Below, in pieces: positions 1-10,326 of a stretch of DNA of 32,000 nt. Position 1 is the first letter of the stretch. Each line of letters begins with the position of its first letter. The translations under genes and the position numbers were made by a program. Under the pieces are notes generated by a model. That model was not told the origin of the DNA, searched no databases, and was given only the letters and a program-made list of their open reading frames with translations. The stretch comes from Wallemia ichthyophaga EXF-994 (Eukaryota; Fungi; Basidiomycota): contig NW_008806289.1 of NCBI RefSeq assembly GCF_000400465.1, forward strand, positions 210,001 to 242,000. Direction: 5' to 3'.

Positions 1-150
1 TCAACTTGATAAGCATTGGAAACATCTGTACATACTTGCGATTTCCACGATGGTGGCAGTAAATGCTCTGGTTTGCCAAAGTTCAAAGCTGTCTTCATAT
101 TCCTATATTAGTAGATCGTCGTCGATTGCAACCACCACGTTTTATTCTAA

Positions 151-1451
151 ATGGCCGACATCGAGAGACCAAGCAGGGATGGCTTGATAGACTTCATAGT
201 TCCCGTACAGGTTGCTATCTACGTTATTTGCGTGCTGCTGCGATACGTCGGCTATTCGCCCACTGCACTCTTTGCTACCCTCGTTGCGACGGGTTTTGCT
301 CTTTTCTATAGACAAGTCAAATCCGCGTATCTCAATAACAGCTTGAACTATATCATCGGCTCTCAGGGTACGTTGAATTGGGATGGCCAAGTTGTTTTCA
401 TTACCGGCGGTAAGTTTTCCACGTAACTACATCTATTCGGGGGATAGTGAACATCTCCATAGGCTCCAACGGCTTAGGGAAGGCTCTCGTCAAGGATCTG
501 CTTTTGATGCGCCCAAAGCGCATCATCAACGTTGATATTGCAGATAATGACATCACTCACGATAGTAAGTTGATTGGTCAGGTCAGGTTGTTTGGACTTA
601 TTTTTTAAGCTCTTCAAACAATCAAGTGTGATATTACCAACAGTGAGCAGCTTCAACGTGTATGCGGCGAGGTCATCAAAGAGGTACGCCAGTCTTTGAC
701 GTAGAGGAGGTCACTAACAGCACTTAAATTACAGCACGGTACACCTAATATTGTCGTACTTAATGCTGGTGCATTCGACGCAAAGTCCTTGACAGAAAGC
801 ACAACGGCCGACTTCAGAAAGTGAGTTTGAACATGCCGCACGCAATCATTCTAAGACATCTTTAGCACACTCGATGTCAACTTTACAAGCCACTTGGAAA
901 TCTTGAATGCTTTCTTACCTGGTTTCATAGAGCGTAACAGAGGTCACATTGTCAGTATTGGCTCGATTCTTGGTGAACTTCACGCAGCACACGCTGCAAC
1001 TTACTGTGCGACCAAAGCAGCTGTCATTTCATTATTCCAATGTCTTAGAGTTGACTTGAAGCATTTGCACAAGGCACCAGACGTTAAGACGACACTCGTA
1101 TTCCCAGGACTGATTGAAACGAGACTGTTCGGTAATGTCAAATACAGCCAGTCATCAAGATTACCTGCTTGGATTTCCGATGCGGTGATGCCCTCCGTCA
1201 ATCCGACCAACCTGGCTCAAAGAATTGTTGGCGATCTGAATATGAGACGCACAGGCGACATACGCTCACCTTACTTTGTTCACTTGGCTAGCTGGTACAA
1301 CCATCTGCCGCCGTTCGTGATGAATGCACTTGAATACGTGGGTATCTCTTTCATGTTGAACAATACAAAAGAAAGCTAACGAGTTGTGATTATGAAGGTT
1401 ATCGGCGTTCACAACTACATCGACCATGTTAAAGTTGCAAAAAAGCAGTGA
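151..1451 (+). CDS. Membrane-anchored short-chain dehydrogenase/reductase (retinol dehydrogenase 10/Tda5-like), about 5 introns
   Basis: N-terminal hydrophobic segment. After splicing 410-461 the frame reads VVFITGGSNGLG (TGxxxGxG), then IVVLNAG and ATYCATK (YxxxK). The last exon ends ...KVAKKQ* at 1449-1451. Confidence 0.85.
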
Positions 1452-1460
1452 TGGCGATAT

Positions 1461-2391
1461 CTAGATAACGGCCGATTCACCGCGCGACGTATTACTTTGT
1501 GCTTGAGCTGGCGTAGCAGAAGCTTGTGGCTGTTGCTAGATACCTTGTATCAATATATGAATGAAAAAAAAAGTGATGCACTTACTGGTGTTTCGAGCAT
1601 ATCTGAAATGGTGTCAGGTGGATTGCTATCTGGATTCTGCAAATACGAAGGGGTCTCATCGATTTCATTGAGATCATCGCCCAAAGCATCCAATTCTGTT
1701 AAAAGTGTGCGTTAGAAGACCGAATGAGTTTGTGCAACGCTAAACACACCAGCCTCAAGGTCAGCTTCGTCAATCTCTTCAGGAACGCCGTACGATCTAC
1801 CCAGGGTCTCTTGAACCTCAGTAGCAGATTCGATGAGATCTTGCATATCATCTTGGATGGTGTCGATCTTATCGATGTCTATCTTGCCGTACTGCTTCTT
1901 CATCTGCTTATTGGCTGTCTGCATAGCGTCGACTGTGGCCATTGTATTAGAGAGATTCTCAGTAGTCATTTGAGCCTGCTCCATGTTGAATGTTTGTTGC
2001 TGGAGTTGTGCGAGCTGTCCCTCGTATCTTAAAAAGAGGCAAATGAGTGGGCGATAAGGAAATCGAATGAATGCGCTCACACTTTCCTCTGTTGGAGTGC
2101 TCGCATGGCACGCTGCTGCACCGCTCGCTGACATCGGTTAGGTGATGCGGAATCCAAGGAATAGACGCACCTTGCCAGGGCCATCTCGAAGTCTATTCAT
2201 TTGCTGCTTAAACTGGGCTAATTCTTGATCGCACTTCTTCACTTTTGCTTCGATTGAGCCAGACCTGGATTCCGTCTTGTAGACTGTGAGAGCTGTGAGG
2301 AGGGACATGTAAATACGCTTACACTCTTTATCGCATCATTTAATCCCGGTTTTGGCGCTTTGGACTGGTTGTAGCCAAATAATCTCTGCAT
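1461..2391 (-). CDS. VPS60: ESCRT-III Snf7-family protein Vps60/CHMP5, multi-exon
   Basis: MQRLFGYNQSKAPKPGLNDAIKS start; YEGQLAQLQQQTFNMEQAQMTTENL...TVDAMQTANKQMKKQYGKIDIDKIDTIQDDMQDL...QETLGRSYGVPEEIDEADLEAELDAL is typical of Vps60. The exact final exon is inferred. Confidence 0.88.
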
Positions 2392-2421
2392 TTTGGTTAT
2401 CGTGCGGGTTGAAGACGTACG

Positions 2422-3108
2422 ATGACCACTCGCGAGGTGTGTAGAGTTGCGGATAAATTCTGAAAGCTTATCGTAGGCTTCAGCAGCCACAGCTTGTCCG
2501 CACAGCCAGCACACTCCCGCAATTCTTTCAGTCTGTCGCTTACACTTGCATCATTTCATCATCGCTTGCAGCAACTCTGCTATCGATTTGGAAGGTATTC
2601 TATCATCTCACTCGTACTCCTATCTTTGCTTACTTGCATCCAGCTATACGCACAAGAAAGATATCTCAAATCACTCCAAGCAAGGGAAGGCATCACTCAG
2701 ACTTTTCTCAAGCGTTACTCGGCGCTTTTGTCGATCCTCGGCAGCTACTACGGCAGCGATAGGCTTGGATTGGGTATAGCTAGGGATGAGGGCGAGAAAG
2801 GCACTCCACTGCTCCTCGATTCGCTCTCACACTCCCTTGAAGGTCTCAGCAGAGTAGTGCATGATCTACCAGGCGCTACACCGATAGCGTCTACCAGCCC
2901 ATCTACAATACTCAGTGAAGATGTCCACGATCTCTCTCATTCTCTATCCAAAGGCATCAACAAGTCAAAAAGTGAAATTATGCCGGCTGGTCGATCAACA
3001 GCAGACAATCTACCCTCACATGTAGAATCTGCTATCGATTTGCGCACCGAGATTCGCTCTTTGAAAGGATTGCTGCTGAGTAGAAGGAACCTTGCTCAAT
3101 CTCAATAG
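2422..3108 (+). CDS. Pex14/17 (Pex33)-like peroxisomal docking protein, C-terminal part; start uncertain
   Basis: A hydrophobic segment is followed by a helical region. The C-terminal DLRTEIRSLKGLLLSRRN resembles the conserved tail of Pex14 and Pex14/17. The 5' exon structure is ambiguous. Confidence 0.5.
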
Positions 3109-4244
3109 ACTAGAGACTTCGCACAGCATTACTGTAATTTACTATACCTCCTTGTAAACATTCAATGTACGCTACAAACCTTATACATCTGCTTATTTCG
3201 TTAACCTAAGATATACCGCTAAAGATATTTGTTATACATCTAACTGACTTGCTTTCGCCATTCGGTCGCAATCTGCTGCAAAAAGAAATAAGCAGAGTCA
3301 CTAGGAGATCATTTCAGACAAAGATTATATTCTGACAGCTATAAACTCTCGATCTGGGACTGGTCTCTACATATATGATGACATCAGGACGAGTATAAGG
3401 GATGACAGTGTGATACGAATTGTTAATCTAGTACTAACAGATACTTGGAGTTGGTTTAGCCATTCGATTGAATCTAAATCTGCTCAAGGCACCCTAAATA
3501 TGACTTAATAAATGTAAAGACGAACGTGGAAATACTATATACTGACAAGTTGAACAATTTAGCGATATCAAAATTTTCATAAAACCTTCAGCATTTCAAA
3601 TACATTCCTATATCAACATCCTCTCAATATCCAGAGTTGAATATCTTGACAACCACCTATCTCATCTCAGATGGCTGATTTACGACTTTTGACCATTTCC
3701 AAATAAAAAGGCTTGGTAAGTAGCACTGAATAATTCCTACGAGAATTTGCCAGTATTACATCCCTGAGCCTCCGATCGCGTGCTGTAGGCTGTTCGGAAG
3801 TTGTAATCCGACATGGTTCTGGAGCACGCTAAATGATACATATGGAAAATCTCACGCGCTTCATCGATAAAACAATTATTTTTACCTGATGGAGACCACT
3901 AGCACCGAAATATCGTTTATTCGGCTCTATAGACGCAATTCACGTTTCGATTCATTCTCCATCACCACGGCAATGAGAAAAGTTGAATAATGTAGATCGA
4001 GCTATAATAGAGGAATAGCTAAAAATACAAAGCTTTCAATGTAGCACAAATTAATTTTAAGATGACAATTCGAGCCATATGTGCTTAGCTTGATAATGAC
4101 AAAGCTTTGAAATATGCAGATAATTGATCTTCTAAACGGCGGGTAAATGCACATAATTCAATTGCATATACCAGATCAACAGCTTCAAATTACTGTTCAA
4201 TGAGCAATGAAATGTCCTTGTTACAACCAAACAAACGTTAGAGA

Positions 4245-6530
4245 TCAGTAGGGGAGAGTGCCGAGTGGCCGAAGTGTAGGTGCTGAGCAAGTGCCGTCGA
4301 GATTGATGCCATGTTCATCAGCCACGAGGTAGTAATCTTCATTAGCCACAGCGTAGTACGAGTTGCGCAAGTCTCTCGACAACTCTTCGTCAGCGTAATT
4401 GAATGGTGACAACATTAATGCTGACTTGGCTTCTATGAAGAGCGTATTTGGTACATCTTCAGCTCGTGGAACGTGTCTGAATCCAACCGATGCCCAGAGA
4501 GTGAGATCCTTCTGCCTGATGGATTCGTCATCTTGGTAGAACTTGGTGAAATCGACTGGTGGCTTCTTTGGTAAGACGGCGTTGTAGTATGATGAGCAAC
4601 TGCGTTCGTTGTCCTTGGTAACAGTGACAAAGGCATGATGATCGGCAAATTTGGCGTTCTGGTCCATCTTTTCGCCATCAACAATGTTGTGGATGACTGA
4701 ACGTGGCATGAGACGGTAGGAGCGCGGGTATCCATAGCTGTTGGTTGAGTCTTGGTTACCAATTAGCCAAAATTTGTCACTGTTACCGTTCCAGTCAATC
4801 ACAGCCTCCTTCTCCTTCTCCAAGACGCTTGTGTTGATCTTTTTCTGCTTCAGTGGCGGATCATCATCGTCCATCCAGTTGAACCTATCCTCACTAACCA
4901 CGATGTCCCTTCTCTCGACACTGTTGCTCTCGCCAGCGACATCAAGATCAATCTTGAAGGTGATAACGTGGTCGTGGATGCTGCCAGAGGATGTGGCGCT
5001 GACTCTTGTGTCATATGAATCGCCATTCGGATTATAATATGTTGTTTGAAGGTAACCCGAAGCATCAACTTCAATCTCAATCGAGCCTTCTGGGTAGAGT
5101 GTGAAGCTGATCAAGTAGTCGTAGTTGCCGACAGTGTAGATACTTCTCACTTCGAACGCAACACCCCTGGTAGCGCCTGCGTCTGTAGACTGGTAGTGTC
5201 TTGATATAGGCTTCTGAAGATCGCGTTCAAACATGCAAATGGTGTCGTTCAAGATGCGACCGGCACCGTAGTCGTAGAAGTTGACGTCCATGTATGTCGC
5301 TTCGTGTGGGCAGTCGTAGTTCCTGACGAGCGGTGTAATACCAGTGGCCATTCCAAAGCCTCGGTCGAGATATGCCGTGTAGGCTTGCATAGGATCAGCG
5401 CCGCCGTAATTGGAGACGGCATCTTGGAGTGAGATCTCATACGCAACTCTCTCGCCCTTGAACTTGACGTCGAAGAGCATCAGACCTTGCTCTGGGCTGT
5501 AGGAGAGGTAGAAGGACCAGTCCATCCAGGTGATGTATCTCTCATCTCTGTCGACACGATACCTCAAGCCACTTGGGGAGTAGGTAATCGGAGCGGGAAG
5601 CTCTTCGAGGTCGCGAGCAGTCCCCTTCACGGAGCGGAGAGCCCAGTCAGTGTTGGTGCTGTTGAGTTGGGGCGATGGCTCGAGTTTCCCCGCGTTGAAA
5701 TCCTCATTGAACGCGTCAGTAGATGACCACTTCTGGTTGTTGTAGACGAGCTTGCGGAGCTTCCATTGAGAAATGTCTTGGTTGGAGAAATCGAACTGCG
5801 CAAACAAGCCAGTGTATGCGAACCACATGGCAGAGGTGTCGTAGGCCAGCATCAGCTCGACCCATGGGTGTCTGTACGATCCATCGCCGTTGTTGGGGAG
5901 TAAACCGGTATCGTAGTTGCTAAGTGACCAAGGCACGCCCAGCAAATCATTGAGAGCATCAGAGATGGCAGTGAATGTTTCTGAAATGACATTGGTGCGC
6001 TCACGGTCCTCGCCGGGATGGGATGGTTTTGCATTCCAAGGTATCTCACCGTTGTGGTAGATTTTCTCGGCGAGATTCTCGATTCTCGTGTCGGAAGAGA
6101 CGGGCAGCGGGCCAACAAGGAGAGTCTTGACAATCGGAGGATCGTCCAAGCCAGAAACGACGTGTGCCTTGGCCATGCGATCGGGGAGTGGACCATCTTG
6201 GTCGAGGTAGTAAATGGCGTCTTCCTTGGTTGGGTGCCACAGCTCGATCTGCGTGGGCAATGTTAGTTGAGCCACAATCCCCACAATCGCACCCACCGAG
6301 TCGATGTAGTTGCCGTCTAAGGCGGCTTCGTCCATATCGGTGAGGTTGAGGGATTGCTCTGGGTCCTTGAGCCAGGCAGCGATATCCGCAAGCTCAGAAT
6401 TAGACAGTTCAAGGAAAGGGTTCGACTTGGGCGCTGTTGTTGTTGGGGCCGTTGAGCAGTTTGGCTGCGCGATGGCTATAGCGACCACTGCGACCACTGC
6501 TAGGGCAAAAACACCACCAAAAGCTTTCAT
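4245..6530 (-). CDS. Secreted copper amine oxidase (TPQ-dependent primary-amine oxidase, AOC/fungal lysyl-oxidase type), about 745 aa
   Basis: Signal peptide MKAFGGVFALAVVAVVAIAIA. TPQ consensus TVGNYDY. Cu ligands IHDHV and RHVPRAEDVP. One in-frame 48-nt intron at 6249-6296 (GTGGGT..CTAAC..CAG) that the ORF track reads through. Confidence 0.95.
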   Translation of the reverse strand: MKAFGGVFALAVVAVVAIAIAQPNCSTAPTTTAPKSNPFLELSNSELADIAAWLKDPEQSLNLTDMDEAALDGNYIDSVGAIVGIVAQLTLPTQIELWHPTKEDAIYYLDQDGPLPDRMAKAHVVSGLDDPPIVKTLLVGPLPVSSDTRIENLAEKIYHNGEIPWNAKPSHPGEDRERTNVISETFTAISDALNDLLGVPWSLSNYDTGLLPNNGDGSYRHPWVELMLAYDTSAMWFAYTGLFAQFDFSNQDISQWKLRKLVYNNQKWSSTDAFNEDFNAGKLEPSPQLNSTNTDWALRSVKGTARDLEELPAPITYSPSGLRYRVDRDERYITWMDWSFYLSYSPEQGLMLFDVKFKGERVAYEISLQDAVSNYGGADPMQAYTAYLDRGFGMATGITPLVRNYDCPHEATYMDVNFYDYGAGRILNDTICMFERDLQKPISRHYQSTDAGATRGVAFEVRSIYTVGNYDYLISFTLYPEGSIEIEVDASGYLQTTYYNPNGDSYDTRVSATSSGSIHDHVITFKIDLDVAGESNSVERRDIVVSEDRFNWMDDDDPPLKQKKINTSVLEKEKEAVIDWNGNSDKFWLIGNQDSTNSYGYPRSYRLMPRSVIHNIVDGEKMDQNAKFADHHAFVTVTKDNERSCSSYYNAVLPKKPPVDFTKFYQDDESIRQKDLTLWASVGFRHVPRAEDVPNTLFIEAKSALMLSPFNYADEELSRDLRNSYYAVANEDYYLVADEHGINLDGTCSAPTLRPLGTLPY

Positions 6531-6885
6531 CGTCTTTATAAAGGTTATAAACAAGATGCAGGCCTCTTATAGGATACTGGGCAGTCTGGGCTGACGCCTT
6601 GCTGTGCCTGAACACAAGGGGTTGTTTGTAGGATAAACATGGAGATCAATTGAATGTTTATAATTCTAGGTTTATCTGGGTTTATGTTGCTTGCTGGTGT
6701 TGCTGGATGTGCTATAGTGTTATGGTGTTTTGCTTTAGATTGAATCGATATTGGTGTTATTGGGTGGAGCACGACCAGAAAAACATTAAAGAATTAAATT
6801 AAAAGACTGCGCTATTAAAATATTTACATTCACCTCCACTTGACCTATCCATCTGACACATCATCTCACGCTTACACTTACCATC
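6531..6885. promoter_or_regulatory. Shared divergent promoter region of amine oxidase and ALDH
   Basis: 355 nt between the two divergent ATGs. GATAA cores at 6632-6636 (+) and 6672-6677 (-, AGATAA). Confidence 0.55.
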
Positions 6886-8482
6886 ATGAGCACCACATTC
6901 CAATACGATTTCGCAGCAAACCACAAGAATTCAGATTTCCAAGGCAAGGTCAACTTCCCCACCGGAGTCTTCATCAACAACGAATTCTCCGCCGGATCCA
7001 CCGGCAAGTCGATTGACATTGTCAACCCATCAACTTCCAAGGTCATCACACAGATCAGCGAGGGCACCGCCGACGACGTCGACAGAGCTGTGCGTGCTGC
7101 CCGCGATGCACACGACAACCGTTGGGGCACCACGGTTCACGGTTCCGAGCGTGGTCGCCTTCTTATCCGCCTTGCCGATCTGATGGAGGAGCACGCAGAC
7201 GAGTTGGCTGCTCTTGAGTAAGTGGCCGCTGCCTTGCAATCCACCACTCACCCGCTCAGGTGTCTTGACAACGGCAAACCTTTCAAGTTCGCAAGAAGTT
7301 TCGATATCCCAGAGGCTGCTGCCAACTTTAGATACTTTGGTGGCTGGGCAGACAAGGTCCAAGGCCACACCATGGAAGTCGGCGACGACAAGTTGGCCTA
7401 CACGAGATATGAGGCTATGGGTGTCTGTGGATCTGTGATTCCTTGGAACTTCCCATTGCTTATGGCTGTGAGTTTGGCTGTAAAATGCTTATCGGCTATA
7501 CTCACAATCCATTCTTTAGTCCTGGAAGCTGGCCCCTGCTATCGCCACTGGCAACGCTGTCGTCATCAAGCCATCTGAGATCACTCCCCTCACAGCTCTT
7601 CGTTTGGCTTCTCTTATCAAGGAGGCAGGCTTCCCAGCAGGTGTCGTAAACATTGTCGTTGGTTATGGCCAGACTGTCGGCTCTGCCATCATCGATCACC
7701 CAAACATCGACAAGGTCGCTTTCACTGGCTCAACTGCAGTCGGTAAACTCGTCATGAAGGCTGCTGCAAACAACGTCAAGAATGTCACCCTCGAATTAGG
7801 TGGAAAGTCTCCATCTGTCGTGTTTGAAGATGCTAATCTCGCAAACGCTGTCCAGCAGACAGCATTTGGTATTTGGTTCAACTCTGCTCAATGTTGCTGC
7901 GCAGGATCACGTATCCTTGTCGAGGAGTCAATCTACGATGAGTTTGTTAAGGGTTTCAAAGATTTCACAAACACATTGAAGATCGGTGATCCATTCGACA
8001 ATGAGACATTCTTCGGTCCAGTTGTCTCACAGGCCCAACAAAGCCGTGTTAATGGCTTTATCGAAAGCGGCAAGAAGGATGCCAAGGTGATTGAATGCGG
8101 TGGTGAACCATCCAACCTTGGTGGATACTTTGTCAAACCAAACATCTTCCTTGATGCTCCTGCCGACTGTGAAATTCAACGTCAAGAGATTTTCGGTCCA
8201 GCAGTGACTATTTCAAAGTTCTCAAAGAATGATGACGTTGTCAAGCTCGCAAACGACACAGACTATGGTCTCGCAGCATCAGTATTCACTGACAACTTCA
8301 GCAAAGCTCACAAGACTGCTCACGCTATAAAAGCAGGTACAGTATGGATCAACCAACACAACGTATTAACCAAGAATGTTCCATTCGGTGGTTACAAGCA
8401 ATCAGGATTGGGTCGTGAGATGGGATCTGAGGTGTTGAAGAACTATGTCCAAAGCAAGTCTGTCTTTGCTCAATTCACGTAA
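6886..8482 (+). CDS. NAD(P)+-dependent aldehyde dehydrogenase (ALDH1/2-like, probably cytosolic)
   Basis: Introns 7218-7259 and 7468-7519 join PWNFPLLMASWKLAPA, KPSE, FTGSTAVG, LELGGKSP (catalytic Glu), QCCCAGSR (catalytic Cys), EIFGP and PFGGYKQSGLGRE. No obvious presequence or PTS1. Confidence 0.95.
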
Positions 8483-8749
8483 TGTTCTCGCTTGATATCG
8501 CTTTAACGATTTCTTGGTTTGATGCCAATGCTTCAAGTAATGAATGAACGATTTGTAAATGACTTTATACATGGAATTGATTTTAAGATTATTGTTGGTC
8601 AGGCTGACTTTCCAAGGTGTTCGATTTGTGTGGCAATTGAAGGAAAAGGAGTTTGAGTCAAGTGCACAGCTTTAGCATCTTCTTGCTAACAAATACTGGG
8701 TTTATTAAATAAAAATTTCCGTTTTAAGACCATTTATTAAATTGATCAT

Positions 8750-9420
8750 ATGGATTTCAACCAGTCATGCGACACCTCTCTCCAGAACGACCAACACGAA
8801 CATCTCGTGAGTATTGTTTACACCAAACAAAACTGTTGTTGAATTGTTGCTCTCTTCTATCATAACCAGGCTCAGCATTGATTCGACGCCACTCTCGTAG
8901 TCGCTCCTATCATGTCTGTTCACTCGTTTGATAGAATCTTCAAAGGAGCGTGTGCAGCCTAAGGCAACAAGTTTAAATGCGTGGATGATTCGTAAGTACT
9001 CGCTGTGACTCTCTTCATCAGTGACTCCAACTTTTCAAACATCAGCTTTCAACCAGATCTCCACTATTCCTGGCCGTGTCCCTTTACGGTTTTCACCGCC
9101 ACTATAGTCTTTCTAAGAGAGAGTCTCGTCGATCCCTGATTTTGAACAAACGATTCAGGTTTGGTTGGAGGTTTGAGTCATAAGTCCTGGCTTGGAACAG
9201 TCACTTGGAAGATATCTCACAAGTTATCTAAGTAGCTTGCAAAAGCAGTCGCTTCTGTATCCACCGCGTCATGTCGTGTGCTAAACAGCACGACATAAGG
9301 GCTTCCACCCCACGATCCCTTTCTCAGTAGAGAAAAGTCTCTTAGCATGTCCAAGGACTGTTGGGAGACACGTGGGCCACTTCTCTGTGACTCTGACTTC
9401 TTTTGTTGTCAAAGTTTCAA
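8750..9420. other. Unresolved locus with splice signals (small multi-exon gene or ncRNA?)
   Basis: Strong + strand donors GTGAGT (8807) and GTAAGT (8992) with pyrimidine-rich CAG acceptors (8869, 9056). No recognisable product could be assembled. Confidence 0.25.
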
Positions 9421-9545
9421 AGAAGTGGCTTACGTTTTTGCTTTTGTAATTTATAATGATTTGAACGAAGAATTTGACCAAGGTGATACAAAGACAATGT
9501 GTAATGAGAGCTGTTGGAATTACTTTATTCAATACCGTCACCTCA

Positions 9546-10262
9546 ATGGTGAGTGATTTCGTCGGTATCAAGCAATCAGCTCAATTGAAATAACTACAGT
9601 CTGTAACCCTGCACACTTCTCTAGGAGATCTCAAAGTGAGTACACGTTATTACAGTGATCGATGTCACCAACGTTATCTCAAGATAGAAGTCTTCTGTGA
9701 AGCTGTACCGCAAGCGTCTGAGGTGAGTGAGAGTGCAATTCCATCTATAAATCACCACTCACACGGTAATAGAACTTTTTAGCCTTGTGCGCTAGTGGAT
9801 ATTATGATGGTTGCAAGTTTCATCGGTTAGTTGAATTTGCGATTAATTGGGTGGCTAATCGATGACAATAGTAATATTAAAGGATTCATGACTCAAACTG
9901 GTGACCCTACTGGCAGCGGTAAAGGCGGTCAGTCGATTTACGGAGAGCCATATCCCGATGAGATAAGGTCAACATTCAAGTTTAACAATAGAGGTTTAGT
10001 TGCGTTTGCTAATAGTGGAAGTGATAGTAATAGATCGCAATTCTTCATTACATACGCTGCAACGCCCCATCTTAACAGTAAATACACTATCTTTGGCAGA
10101 GTAATTGATGGCGCTGAGAATGGCACTCTTGGCGCAATTGAAAGGGTGCCCTCCGGTACCCAGAAGGAAGGTTTCAGACCAAAGCACGATATTTTACTTA
10201 AAGAAATTACAATACACTCTAATCCAATAGCTAGTAAGATAGTTAGAGACAATTACGTGTAA
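9546..10262 (+). CDS. CYP10: Cyclophilin-type PPIase, PPIL3/Cyp10 family
   Basis: ATG-only first exon and four short introns give MSVTLHTSLGDLKIEVFCEAVPQASENFLALCASGYYDGCKFHRNIKGFMTQTGDPTGSGKGG...ANSG...SQFFITY..PHL. Confidence 0.92.
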
Positions 10263-10296
10263 AATTGCGTGTAAATATACAAGAAGATCAATATTT

Positions 10297-10326
10297 ATTC
10301 ACTATTCACTATTCACTATTCACTAT
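10297..10326. repeat. Tandem heptamer (ATTCACT)x4
   Basis: Read directly: attcact attcact attcact attcact at. It overlaps the stop codon of the bromodomain gene. Confidence 0.9.

Noticed and set aside
3376-3545. C-box-like ATGATGA with a downstream CTGA (C/D snoRNA?)
   Set aside because: The spacing is about 170 nt, with no terminal stem and no recognisable rRNA-antisense guide.
4245-8482. High GC as proof of horizontal transfer of the CAO/ALDH block
   Set aside because: The vertically inherited CDC20 is similarly GC-rich and the introns match host style. Phylogeny would be required.
9380-9388. ACAGAGAAG (U6-like) on the minus strand; also RNase MRP-like AAAGTCTC/GGCTTAC pieces nearby
   Set aside because: The following U6 sequence (ATTAGCATGG) is absent. 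The MRP-like P4 pairing is poor and the spacing too short.
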